Shown here one piece after another: positions 1 to 12,908 of a stretch of 64,000 nucleotides of DNA. Numbering within the stretch: position 1 is the stretch's first letter; every line of letters starts with the position of its first letter. Source of the DNA: Antedon mediterranea. Its lineage: Eukaryota; Animalia; Echinodermata. Position numbers and translations under genes: made by a program. The notes beneath the pieces are model-generated. The model ran no database searches. It saw only the letters and a program-made list of their open reading frames with translations, and was not told where the DNA came from. The DNA lies in NCBI RefSeq assembly GCF_964355755.1, contig NC_092672.1, positions 24,813,237 to 24,877,236 of the forward strand, in the 5' to 3' direction.

Positions 1-186
1 GATTTTTTTCTAATGGCGGAAGCTAATTTGCATATTATGCAAATTAGCAAATTTCCCATGCTTAGATTTTTGGGGACTTTTAGTATGTTGATTAGGGAGC
101 CATGCTGAAATGCACTGCAGTGAAATAAATTCTTTTGCAATTAGTGGTGGGTCACCCCCTTATATTTGCTAGATTGACTGGACTAC
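1..186. mobile_element. Right end of an Academ-like DNA transposon (runs off the window)
   Basis: Ends in TTGACTGGACTA, the same terminus as the TIR element at 37397-38892. Confidence 0.5.
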
Positions 187-189
187 TAT

Positions 190-600
190 TTTTGTACCCT
201 GCCACTGTTTTTGTACCCATCTGCCATCGTTTTTGTACCCTGCCACCGTTTTTGTACCCTGTCACTGTTTTTGTACCCTGTTACTGTTTTTGTACCCAGC
301 TGCCATCTATTTTGTACCCTGTCACCGTTTTTGTACCCTGCCACTGTTTTTGTACCCTGCTACTGTTTTTGTACCCTGCTACTGTTTTTGTACCCTGTTA
401 CTGTTTTTGTACCCAGCTGCCATCGATTTTGTACCCTGCCACCGTTTTTGTACCCTGTCGCTGTTTGTGTACTCTGCCACTGTTTTTGTACCCTGCCACT
501 GTTTTTATACCCTGCCACCGTTTTTGTACCCAGTCAATGTTTTTGTACAAAACAATTTTTTTTTTACAAGTGTTGTACCCAGAAACTGTTTTTGTAATGT
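190..600. repeat. 19-bp minisatellite (TTTTTGTACCCTGCCACYG)n
   Basis: About 20 visible units, degenerating toward 600; explains the three overlapping ORFs at 135-653. Confidence 0.95.
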
Positions 601-909
601 TGTCATCGTTTTATAACAATTTTATACAATGTAAAATAGAACAAAATACGTGATAATTGCAAATAAATATAATTTCATTTTCAATTTAATTTTATTTCCT
701 CAATATAATAACATACATACAGGATAATAAATGCAATGAAGTAATCACGTGAGGAGAGAGTCATAATAAGTCAGTCAGTAAGTTTGACCCACCACGAAAT
801 ATAACATTAAATACGAATACGAAAAAAAATATATATATATACATAAACTAATAATAAATAAAAGAAAACAAAGCTACAATTTATGCATATTCTCTGTTAT
901 ACTCATTAC

Positions 910-1540
910 TTACTAAATGTTTACTGTTAACATGATATTGTTCTCATCCTTTAACATTAATATTAATATTTTTGTTCTTTAATTTCAAAACTTTTATTTC
1001 CAGCAGATTATCCTTTTTTTGCACTATAACTTCTTAAATTTTCATTTAACTTTTTTACTTTCTTCTCTTATGTGGATTCATTCCACTTTTTTTTTTTACT
1101 TATTTTCTTTAAAAAAACTATTTCCATATATCATTTTGTTTATACATACATTATCATTTAACCACATTGATTACATAGTTTCCTCTTTTTATACATATTA
1201 TCTATTACACATTTTCATTAACAAAGCTTATTTTTTCTTACATAGTTGTTTTTTTTCATCTACATGCATATTTATTTCATACAATTATAATACGTTTATG
1301 TTTACTAAATCCATCCCATGGGTTTGTCCCATTTTATTTTTCTTTGGATTTATCTATGCAAACATTTACTAACTTTTTACTGTTAACATTATATTTTCCT
1401 CATCCTTTAACATTGATTTTTTTGATCTTTAAATGTTTACAAAATTTATTTCCAACAGATTATCCTTTTTTTGCATCTACAGTATAACCCATCAAAGTTT
1501 CATTTAACTTTTTTTTTCTTATGTGGGTTCATTCAATTTT
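910..1540. repeat. Diverged ~180-bp direct duplication
   Basis: ~910-1090 resembles ~1367-1540 (ttactgttaacat...ctcatcctttaacatt...cagattatcctttttttgca...cttatgtggrttcatt). Confidence 0.7.
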
Positions 1541-1599
1541 TAATTATTCATGATCTAACGTTATTACATAAAAGGTGGTGGTCAAGCTAGCTCTGCAGG

Positions 1600-2065
1600 T
1601 GACGGCCGCCGCATGCATATCTCGCCAGTTTACCGTATTCTTATGTTGTTCGTTTTGTAATATGCGGCTGAACATGTATCCAAACGCGTAAATAGCGCTG
1701 TGCTCTGATGGTGCTTCGACACCAGAAATTACTTCTGGTGCAGTCCATGGGAAGCATTTCTTCCACCTAATCTTCTCCTCCGACTCCGTCCGGTCCGAAA
1801 CGCCTTGCCATAATCTATTGTTACAGGTATAAATTAATTTTACCATCAATCATGAAGCACGTACCACGTTATTACCTGTAAGAGAAAAGACAATTGGGAA
1901 AATGAGAAAATAACTGTAAAATAATCACTGAATTGTGTATGGTATAATTGAATTTAATGTATGATAATGAAAAATTAGTGGCTTAATAAAAAAAAATTAC
2001 GCATAGGCCTATAACAGATTCTTACTATTGATATCATTATGGACATAATCCTGAGTTGTGGAAAT
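1600..2065 (-). pseudogene. Decayed protein-kinase fragment
   Basis: Minus-strand motifs in kinase order but in different frames: VHNDINSKNLL* (catalytic-loop-like, ~2010-2045), TIDYGKA (DFG-equivalent, 1801-1821), FPWTAPEV and SAIYAFG (subdomains VIII-IX). Confidence 0.7.
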
Positions 2066-5000
2066 TAGGATATTTTATACGAATATATATTAGGCCTACT
2101 GATATACTGTAAATAAGACCTCTTTAGTCCTACTTCACACGTTTACGTAGATCTATCTGATAAGAATTTGTTAATTATTTTATTTTTATCGGCACGTTGA
2201 TTTCTACCTACCATGCAAACGCATGCAGCAAGTCAGATTTTCCTCCACAATGAATCTTCCGAGAAAGATCTTTTATTTATTTTCGATGCGCTTCCATTCA
2301 ATTTTAAAATCGCTTTGATGCCTGCCGCCTCAATCCATCAAGAGGAATGGCGGGGGATATTTGAACTCCGTGGTATATCTGGCTTAGGCCTAACCCTTTT
2401 GCGATTAATTCTTTCTAATAGTTCTGTTGTATGCTACATTTTCTTCCGCGGGCTCGTCGTTTATATTATCAAGTAGACGGTCATTGATGACCGAGTCTAC
2501 GCATTTATCTCGTATAAAATCGCGTAGAGTTATCAAATTTAAATTGTGTTTATTTGTATCAATTATGTATGTTTGTTGCTGCTGTACATTGTCTACAAGA
2601 TGTCCACCACCCAACAACAGGTGAATAAAACATGAAACACTAATATGCTTTCGTGATACATTTATAGCACTGTTCGGAAGTACTCATGATTGACTATCAA
2701 TCCATTTTGTTCCCAAAATCGATCAATTCAAAGGGCTTCCAGCCTGATGACATACGAAATTTTGTGAAAGATATATACTTTCCCATTAAATTTAATAAAT
2801 TGAATATCACACGGCCATCCCAATTCCCTAACAAAACTATTGTTCATGTTTAAAAGTATTTATTTAATGTGTCTGTAGTTCTAGTTAAATTGCTTTGCAT
2901 AAAGCAGCATTGAGAAATATTTAGATTATTATTATAAACAACCACTAAAGTATTTATTGGTGTATAAGGTCAGAAATCAAATTTCTTGCAAACTATTTTA
3001 TAAAATCAGTGACCTATCTAATAGTAAATTGATTGGTTAATACCCAGTCAGTGAGGACCTGATTGACAAGCAGTGCCTGTTTGCTATTGGTCATTGGTAA
3101 GAGGAAGTTGAAAATGGACAGCAAGTTATTCTTAACACTTGCAGTCTTAAATAAACACGCTGGCATCTTTATTACACCACAGAGTATTATTCCTGTCAAC
3201 TTATACCACAATTGACATGTTGAGGGGATAGGTCATCCACTGATTCAGTGGATGCCAAACGTAACGCTAAAGTAGCCTGGTCCGCGTAATGAAAGATATT
3301 TGTAACACCACTAATAAATACAGTCAGTAGATCACATGTACGTGTAATCAACATGCAATAAATGCTTTAATTCTTGTAACTGTATTGATATTGGATACAT
3401 GTTCTTCTGTCCTTGTGATATATACATACAATCATGCACATTTCAGGCTTTGGAAAAGGATAACATTTTCCCACCAAAACCAAACACTGTGATTGGTGTA
3501 ACCAGGGAAGAGTTAAATTACATTTTTATTTAACTCTTCTCTGGTTAAACTTACATAGGAAATACTTCAGTCATCTTCTCTGATTATTTTAAATGTAGCA
3601 TTGTATTGGCCAACCCACTATCTCCTAGGCCTAGCAATCGCGACGAATCAGCACATCGTGACGCGTTTAGTGGGAACCGACAAGAAAAACTAATAGACGC
3701 ATGACAATTCAACTTTCAAAGCGATCCGTCGAATGACGCGTGACGCATGACGCTTCGCGGCTTCGCGTTCGGTGTGCACAGGCCTTTAGGTAGTAATACG
3801 CAGGGTGGTTTTGGGCGCTTTAGGTGCTAAAGGGGTAAAGAGCAATTAAGACATACTGTAAATTAAAGACTCCTTCCCTGCAATTTTGGACGTTTTTTGG
3901 AAAATAATACATATATATCACTTTAAAAACATTAAACCATGTCATTCCTTGTCTTAAATGTACGTTTTATGGTAAATTATGATAAAAAGTGAGAAACAAT
4001 GCACTACCTAAGTAGCTCGCGGCGATCGACCTCTCGTGGACGGTCTTAGGCCTAGCCTAGCTAGGCTTAGTTTTGTAGGCCTAGCTGGTAAACATCGGTA
4101 ACGTACGAACATCGTACGCTACCTATATACCTAGCCTGACGTTGTATAGTTGCTGCATTAATTGTCTTTCTATTTTTGCCATACTCCGTTGATACAAATT
4201 GGGGAAAACCCGGTATTTTCGCTGAAAAGTTAGGAGTCTTCCATTTGTTTTGGCCTCACGATCGATCGAAAAGTGGGCGAATTACAGGTGAAAAACAAAA
4301 ATATCCATCCGCGCGCAATGCATTTTGGGATTTATAGCGGGCCGCTATAATTATTAGAATTAGAATTATATAATTATAACGAAAAAAGTTATCGCAATAG
4401 GACCATATAGTATTATTTTTACATTAAATATAGTCTGTGATCTTAAATTAGATCTAAAAAACGTAGGGAATGGGGCTTTAAAACAACAAAATACAAAAAA
4501 TATTGCACCAAGTAAAACATTTGTACAAGCTTATTAAAAAGTTTCTTGATGTTCAAAATTAGTATAAGGGACCTATACATAAATATACAAAATTAAATAA
4601 TTAAAAGATTAATAATCGGTTATTGAAAATTTAACTACTGTAATATAATAGAAGTCGCCTTAACACAGTAGCACAAATTAAATTGTAAATTTTGATTAAA
4701 ATCTTTATTAACTCAAGATCCTGTATATTTAAAGCATAACGGAACAAAATTTCATTTGTTTTTAAAATTGCAAAATAGACATAAATTGGCATTTCTCAAC
4801 ATTGAGACAATTGAGAATAGAGTTGTAGCTTGATGATTAAGACGGTCGGCTAGCAATCTAAGGGTCCTGTGTTACATGTTTTTAAGAATAAAAACTTATT
4901 TCATTGTATCCTATAACTTTTTTAAACATTGATGCTTTCAAGTAAATTTAAAACAATTATTGGATGGATATTGTAATTGAAGACTATCTAAGTTGTAATC

Positions 5001-5563
5001 CGGCAGATGCGGACATTCAGGCGACCCTTGTGAATCACAAACGTTAAAGAGTGAAAAAGTTCATTAAATGATGAAGCCTTGTCATAAACAGTAGAATTGA
5101 AGCAATTTTATGATACATTACAGAAGGATAATCACTAGGTTTATTTTTACATTTCATCTGACTCCAAAATCTTATTTGTACAGTAGGCCTTGTATTTTTA
5201 GCTAAAGAATATATATTTACTGTGACAGTAAAGTATCTCGAGCAAACTTTAAATGATTTTTTGTAATTTCTTAAAATATAAAAACAAAAAAACAGGCCAA
5301 TGTTATTAAATTATAAAAAACCTGTTATTGTAAGTTAATTTATACTAGAGTGTACATGAGCAAAGCAGGCCTACCCTATAAAAATGAATAAATAATATAT
5401 TAAGATTTAATGACAATTTTTGACAAAATGGGTTTTATTACATGATATACCAAAACATGAGTCCATTATTAACATGATAATATTATGAACAATTTCAAAT
5501 TTTTTGGTGGTTGTTGTGCTTTGTATAGCAAATTTTGAAATGTCTTAAATTATCACCTATAAC

Positions 5564-6062
5564 AAGTGTTATAACGTTCGTGAAAGCCAGTTACTTATTC
5601 GTCGTAGAGGGCGTAGATGCAAACAAGTTTGCTGAACTGGGGTGGCAAATGGTAAAGTAGGTCATGGGTGATCGATTCATACTAAATTAAAAAAAAAAAA
5701 ATTAAGTATGTCTAGTGTTATAACGTTCGTAAAAGCCAGTTACTTATAGAGGACGTAGATGCAAAAAAGTTTGCGGAACTGGGGTGGCAAATCGTAAAGT
5801 AGGTCAAGGGTGATTGATTTATACCAACATTTTTGAAAAAATTAAGTAGGTCAAGTGTTATAACGTACGTAAAGCCAGTTTCTTATTCACCGTAGAGGGC
5901 GTAGATGCAAAAAAGTTCGCGGAACTAGGGTGGCAAATGGTAAAGTAGGTCAAGGGATACCAAAATATGTTGAAAATATTAAGTAGGTCAAGTGTTATAA
6001 CGTTCATAAAAACTAGTTACTTATTCGCCGTAGAGGGCGTAAATGCATAAAATGTTATTGAA
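5564..6062. repeat. Tandem repeat, ~140-bp unit, about 3.5 copies
   Basis: agtgttataacgt...agttacttattc...tagagggcgtagatgcaaa...ggggtggcaaat recurs at ~5565, 5715, 5854 and 5991. Confidence 0.9.
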
Positions 6063-9000
6063 CTTTGACCGGAAGAAGTAGAGGAGGTCAAGGCTAACAT
6101 GTTGATGCAATAACCACTCAATTAGATAGTTATTACATATTAAAATCTGTTTTTAAAAATATTTGTGACTGTCCCTTTAATTCAATTTGAATAAGGAACT
6201 AGGAACTAGTAACCAACTTCACAGACATAGCATTCGACAGCTTGTAAAAAAATTGGTCAAAAACACATTTTTCGCACAAACTTGCTGTTTTAACATAGCT
6301 TAATAGATAAAGGGGAATCAAACGGTGCCCCAGCTCAAAAGGCGCTAGCTATCAGTCTTCTGGTTTAGGAAGAGTCAGAGTAACACATTTTAAGTTTTGT
6401 AATATAGATTGGTTTGCTACTCATCATTATAGTCATTGTTGGTCAATATTTGCCTACTTTTGGGTTATTTAAAATTGGTTATTGATTTTGTCTTTTAAAT
6501 TTAAATTGTCTTTAAATAAAAGTTAAATTGTGCGTAGTGCTGCCAATTTGAAAGGTATTCAAATCAATTCTCATAGATGAAATACCTTTTGTAGCATTTC
6601 AAAGATATCATTTTTGATAAATGAATTTGACAATTATTGAAACCATTAGAGATCAGATGGTCATCAAACTTATATAAATAAAAAATGGAAAAACCAATAC
6701 AATAGATCTTTAGTCTGCTTTATGGCATATTTAACTGTCTGCTGACTGCATATTTAAACATTGATGATTGTTAGAATTCAAATTATTAATGGTGGGCTTA
6801 TACTTAACATAGGTCTACTTTACTGTGAAAACAGGATGCTGGTCAACTCATCACTAAAATACTTTGATAGCAAATAGTATATCAAGACTTAAATATTATG
6901 AAGAGGGAAGCTTGAATGCCACTATCATTCCAAAATAGGGATAGGCTGCTGTGTAGTGTTTATATGACATGTTCAGTTTTTAAATTCACTAGTAAATAAT
7001 AAACCTTCTTAGTTTCTGTCTAATAGCATTACTGCTAATGCAGCATATTAAAGTTTAAATTTCTAAATTAGATAATTTATTGTACTATACATCACAGCCA
7101 CTGATCATAACTGGGCCCTCTTGGAGACCAGTCTTTGACTGAAGAGGTTGCCCAGTATAAACAAAATATTTTAATTTCAATAATGACACGTCAACCAGTA
7201 ATTTTGATCAAAACAAATTTAAGGCAAATGTACTGTACATTACTTTACATATAGTCTACTCGCCCTAATTTGCTAAACATTTTAGCAGCTAGAAATATTG
7301 CCACATAATTTTTTTTGGGTAAAAAATGTGTATTTTTTTTTTCGTCCAATGTTGAGAGTGGCCTAACAACAATGAAATCCATAAATTATAAATAATTACA
7401 ACATTGTTTTTCATATGTATGGACAATGGTGTTTATAACCCTTTAAAGGGGGGTTCCGGGTTTAATATGAATAGTAAAAAATGTAAAATATATTTGTTTG
7501 TCTCTTGAACGGTAAAAGTTTCAATTTATATAAGCGCCCAGTGAAGCAGAACGAAGGCTGTGAAATGAGGCCAGATTACAAGTGCAGCTACGGCGATATG
7601 ACACTGTGTTACAGAATAGGAAATTCGTGAAATGGTCAATCTTCCGACGACTCGTTATCATTAACCATATCAATTACTTTTGTAAAATTATACTTATCTG
7701 ATGTAATTTTAGTCGGTCTTCCCATTTATAAAGTCAATGTTCTATGAAAATTCATCAAAACAGTGAAAAATTAGATATGTCTGCACTTTACGTTTGCCGA
7801 TTTTCGCACTGACTTAGGGAAAGCCTTCAAAATCAATGAAGCGTAACGTATACATTCCTGCTGAGCGAGAGGAGAGCGAGACGACGATACACGTGCTTTA
7901 CCTGCCCATGCCTGGCATCGTCACGTGATAAGCAGATACAGTATACAATACCAAACTGGTCGGGTCGAGTATACCCCGTCTATAATTACAACATGAACGA
8001 TGTACAGTATTTGATTGAAGGTCGACTCAACCTACCGGAATGGTATAGATAATATAGTATTATATACTATACTGTATATGAAACCATTTCAATATTAACT
8101 ATCATGATAATTTTAATATCGTCATCAACAAATATTTTTGTTACTACTTCCTCTTTATGTATATATATATAAATATATTTAACTAAAATGTATCAACTCA
8201 TGTCAGACAAATATTGCCACAGTATATAGTACTAATTTTAATTCAAATTAGCTTAAGTATCCGTATCCGTCATTTTATGTTAATTGTGTTCAATATGGAT
8301 GCACCACTTCCTGTGTGTGCCACCGATGTAAAGGTGCAATTTCCAAATAAATTGATTGATTGATTGATAGCTCGAATGAGAGAGTTGGAATATTTGTAAA
8401 CATAAGTATTGCTAATTTTAAGAAGTGTAGCCTAGTAAAAGGCCTGGTAGTATCAATTCGCATAGGGTCTACTACACTAGCTAGCTCAATTTTTAACTGG
8501 GCCGGATCGGCTATACCTAGTACCTGGTCTACTTGCTTGATGCAGTAGTATCCGCTTTTTTGGAGAGTAAACTAGGCCTCTAGGCCTATTTTAGGCCTAC
8601 TTAGACGATCGGGACACCATACGTGCGGACGGCGATATTTACAGCCGATTTTGTAGAATGTTTTAGGTTTAGATTGTTTAGGAGTTTGGTTGATAGGATG
8701 GGTTTGGAATCCACTGAGTTTTGTTATTTATGGGCCAATCGTTTAGTAGTGGGCCAATCGTTTAGTAGTAGGCTAGCTAGGCCCATGGGCCCCAATGTTT
8801 TAGCGTTTTAATCCCTAGTCAGAATGGCTCTCACCCATGAAAAAAAATGATTTAGGCTAGGCCTAGCCTAGTACGTGAAGCCGATAATACGATCTGTACT
8901 ATTCGAGGTATAAAAATAGTATATTATGACTCCGTAATCTGTACTAAATTTGTATTTCATTAAATGTCAAATAAATATATGCTACTACTGTTATTATTAC

Positions 9001-10146
9001 ACTTTAGGCCTAGCTTAGAAAATCTACAAAAAATGTATTTCACAATGATCGGGTGGTCGTCGTTTGACAGGGGAGAGAGATGTAAATTTAAGGCTGGTTT
9101 CCTGTCGACGTAAGAAGTCAAATTTTGCAACGATTCTTGCGTTTCATACGTTTCTTACGTCTCTTACGAAAGTTGAGAAAAACTTGACGTCGTTGACCTA
9201 TAGTCAAGATCGTGTCGGGCCGCATAGAAACATCTGTAGTTATGCTGCTCCCGAAAGTTGAAATTATGGCTGTGAAACACACGTCGTATGCTTACGTCGA
9301 TTTTAGTGTTGTTAAGGCTGGTTTCCTGTCGACGTAAGAAGTCGAATTTTGTAACGATTCTTGCGTTTCATACGTTTCTTACGTCTCTTACGAAAGTTGA
9401 GAAAAAATTGACGTCGTTGACGTTAGTCAAGATCGTGTCGGGCCGCAGAAAAACATCTGTAGTTATGCTGCTCCCGAAAGTTGACATTTTAGCTGTGAAA
9501 CACACGTCGTATGCTTACGTCGATTTTAGTGTTGTTACGAAAGTTGAAATTTTTTTCTTACGTCGGTCAGATTTATGACGTATTTGAAACAACATCTCTG
9601 ATTGGTGTTTCTTTTTAGAGCGGGTTTTATCATTTTTCGCGCGAAATGTTGAATGTTATTTTACCTGTAGCTACTCAGCAGCAGTGTCAGTGCAGCACAC
9701 CAACATATTATTTTCAGTAGGCTAGGCCCTAGTATTAGTAAAATACTTAATTAATACTGTACTAATAGGAATTGGATTTGACCAAATAATCAAACTAGCC
9801 TAGGCCCCTAGCCTATTATTATTAGACCTACCTAGGCCCTAGGCTAAGCATTGGCCTATGGGCCTATAAGCATATCTAATCGAGCATGATATAGTACTAA
9901 CCGCAGTAAGATACCCATTATTTACAGGCCTATAATAAGAATAAATTTAACAAAACAATATAAATTATACAAAATCAAGCAAACAATTTTTTTTTAAAGT
10001 TACATAATAATATTATATTGCTTACAAAGGGGCTTTCTATATCTTATCTTGTTGCAAATGTTCATTTTCGCGACGTTTCTACCGATGCTGATTGTTTATT
10101 GCACGTCCATAAATAAGAGTATTAGATTTTGATATGAGTTGTAAAC

Positions 10147-10928
10147 CAATTCAATTCAATTCATCGACATTTTTATTCCATAATCAATATAAAAACATAT
10201 ACAAATACAATACAAATAATAAGATAATGAAATGGGATACAAAATAAGCACAAGTGCTTTAAGCATGTAACCCTAACAAAAAGATCTAACAATTAGTACA
10301 AACAAAAAGAACAAACCAAAATAACATAATGTGATTTACTTAACTTAAATATTTCTATTGTTATAATATTGCTTTAATCTCTGTTTAAACAAACTTAAAG
10401 TGGGGGATTGTTTTATATAGTCTGTTAATTGTTCCAAATATGTGTTCCTTGGTAGGAAATACATTGCTGTCCGACTTTGGTGCGTTTTAGTTGTGGACAG
10501 TAGTTTGACCTGTTTCTAGTTGAGCAATTATGGAATGAGGCAGATGTACTAAATAAGTTATTAAATGATTCAGGTAATAGATTATGTTTATATTGATACA
10601 TAAATATACTGTAGCAGTGTGTTTCGTATAAAGGTCAAAAATATTTAATGTTTGGGTCGAAATAAAAAGTGGATGAGAAGGATGCATAAAATGAACATGA
10701 CAAATATTTCTAAGTGCTTTTTTCTGGAGAATATGTATACGGTTTAAATTTGTAGCAGAAGTAGCACCCCATACTGTGATAGCATACGTTATTCTAGGTA
10801 ATATAAGTGCATTGTATACCGTTAACAAGATGTTACTTGATAACATAGACTTCACTTTGTTTAAGACACCAATTATTCTAGAAATACTGTTTGCTACCTC
10901 ATTTACATGAAAATTAAACGATAAACTC
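10147..10928 (-). mobile_element. 5'-truncated LINE (CR1/L2-group) 3' end
   Basis: SLSFNFHVNEVANSISRIIGVLNKVKSMLSSNILLTVYNALILPRITYAITVWG...LQKKALRNI is typical of the post-RT region of ORF2; AATAAA followed by a (GAATT)n tail at ~10147-10175. Confidence 0.88.
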
Positions 10929-11309
10929 CCTGATTAGAACATTATTATGCCTATATTGAAACTACTGTGCATTTGTAAAGTATGTAGGCCTACAACATCG
11001 TAAAGTGGGCTAAAATTATAGTAGTAAATACATACAAATGTTATTGTCCGGCTTTATTTCACTATAAGGACATACACATTACGTCATAACTCTTGTCGCT
11101 CATTGGTTGCTTGTTACGATTGCGCTTACGTCTCTTGCGAAAGTTGACTTCAAGTCAACTTTCGTAAGAGACGTAAGAAACGTGACGCAAGGGCGTTCAT
11201 TCAAGCGTAAGATCAAAAATCCCGGTTTCCTGTAAAATCGGAAGAAAACGTCGAAACGCAACAATTGTTAGGTCATCGGTTTCCTGTAAAATCGTTTGTC
11301 GTTACCATT

Positions 11310-11356
11310 TTTAGTCGCGTGGAAGCGACTCTATAGTTTACTATGTCGGTCGGTCG

Positions 11357-11423
<67 letters not shown>

Positions 11424-12149
11424 GGTCCGGTATCACTTTGCGTTTTATCTCTTTCTGACCTTATCTTGATATCAGTTTAATCTAGCTAGGTCAATTTTTC
11501 ACAGTATATTCCTTATGGCCAGGAATCAATGTGGTTATGTTTTCACGGTGCGCAATAAAAAATTACGCGGTCTACGCACGATTTAACGAAATCACGTTTG
11601 TAATCATATCTTCACAACCATGAATCACAATTAAATAAAATTTGGTACTCATAAATTTCAGGGCATAAATCATCATATGGCAATACAATTACGTGCGTAG
11701 CGCATGTAACGCATGCGTACGCGCGCTTAACATTTTCAAAATTTATTTTCGATGAAATAAGAGTACATTTCAGGCAATTTTAAGCGTTTACAAAATTGCC
11801 ATGAGTGCGCATATTTTTGCGTGCGCACTGCGCGTTAAATGTTATTGCGCACTCTTTTTGCCCGATTTCTGTTTTCTTGACTTACTTTTCAACTCGAAAT
11901 TACGTTATACGAGCACGTCGAAAGTGACAGGCTACGCACGTGTAAATTTTAAAAAAATAAATGTTTTTAAACATTTCAACATTTTTAAACATGTTCAGTA
12001 ATTTCGGTCAGTATAGTTCACTATGTCGGTCGGTCGGTCTGTCTGTCTGTCTGTCGGTCTGTCGGTCTGTCTGTCGGTCTGTCGGTCTGTCTGTCGGTCC
12101 GGTATCACTATGCATTGTAGCACGCGACTTAATGGCTGTTGGCCTTGTT
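11310..12149 (+). mobile_element. Helentron-associated non-autonomous element (HINE/DINE-1-like)
   Basis: Begins in a T-run; subterminal IR AGTCGCGT (11313) / ACGCGACT (12122); (GTCY)n microsatellites at ~11346-11428 and ~12025-12100; short 3' stem then TT. Confidence 0.82.
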
Positions 12150-12809
12150 CTTACGTTGCGTCGATTTTGTAAATTTTCGATCGTAATCGGTTTCCTGTAA
12201 AATCCGCATTTCTTACGACAAATCGACGTAGTCGCAACAAAAGTGATGTTCTTACGTCGACAGGAAACCAGCCTTTAGTTGACAAACACAACGTACATGA
12301 CGTGGCGAGTTTGGAATCCACTGATGACGTGATTTTGTGAATATCTCATGAATATTAATGAGCTTCCCTAAGCTGCTGAAAAACAGACTTTCCATGAATT
12401 TACCCTAAAATGTATATGAAATTTTATTTTTTTAATTTCTCGTTATTATTTCTTCATTCTGACATGTCTATATTGTTATAATATTTTTTATTTAATAAAT
12501 AAACGATATTTAAAAGCAATTTTAAACCCAGAATCCCCCTTTAATTAACCCCACATTTCATAGGATACATACTGTACAGTACAAACAATGGCATAGACTC
12601 GACATTAGGATGTTTTTTCACTGACAAAATTAACTTGGATTTATAGATTCAACAGCAAAGTGAAGTTCTCGTTCATGTTTTATGCCACAAATTCAGACCA
12701 CTGGTTCCTTCTGAGCATGCACAATACAATTGTGTCATCATCTCCAATAAGAATCTGAGAATAAGAACATGATGTTTGGTATGATAATTATCTATACTAT
12801 GTGAAATAT

Positions 12810-12908
12810 AATAACCTCTATGTGCTTAATATTTTAACCCAAGCTGGTCACAACCTCATATGTATGTGCCTGATCAAGGCAGGATCAGATGTGAATGTTG
12901 CAAGCGAT
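12810..12908 (+). pseudogene. Ankyrin pseudo-exon with dead acceptor
   Basis: 99 nt open frame NNLYVLNILTQAGHNLICMCLIKAGSDVNVASD, in register with the 50562 exon (11/33 identical); intact GTAAGT donor at 12909 but preceded by aaatAT instead of AG. Confidence 0.8.

Larger units (their letters stand above)
9091..12274. mobile_element. PIF/Harbinger-like non-autonomous element
   Basis: Perfect 26-bp TIR AGGCTGGTTTCCTGTCGACGTAAGAA; TTA TSD (9088-9090, 12275-12277); empty site gatgtaaatTTAgttgac in the paralog at 29024-29026. Confidence 0.92.
7447..12540. mobile_element. Kolobok-like non-autonomous DNA transposon hosting nested insertions
   Basis: TTAA on both flanks (7443-7446, 12541-12544); termini AGGGGGGTTCCGGGTTTAA and reverse-complement AGGGGGATTCTGGGTTTAA (19 bp, 2 mismatches); AG..CT ends with a TTAA TSD fit Kolobok. 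Confidence 0.75.

Noticed and set aside
135-653. Three overlapping 127-172 aa Cys/Phe-rich ORFs
   Set aside because: Translation of a stop-free 19-bp minisatellite
3014-3240. Coding-like composition
   Set aside because: No recognisable motif; the most plausible + frame has stops
8623-8811. Identical 62-aa ORF also at 28559, suggesting conservation
   Set aside because: Identity comes from the recent duplication of a TE interior; no recognisable protein
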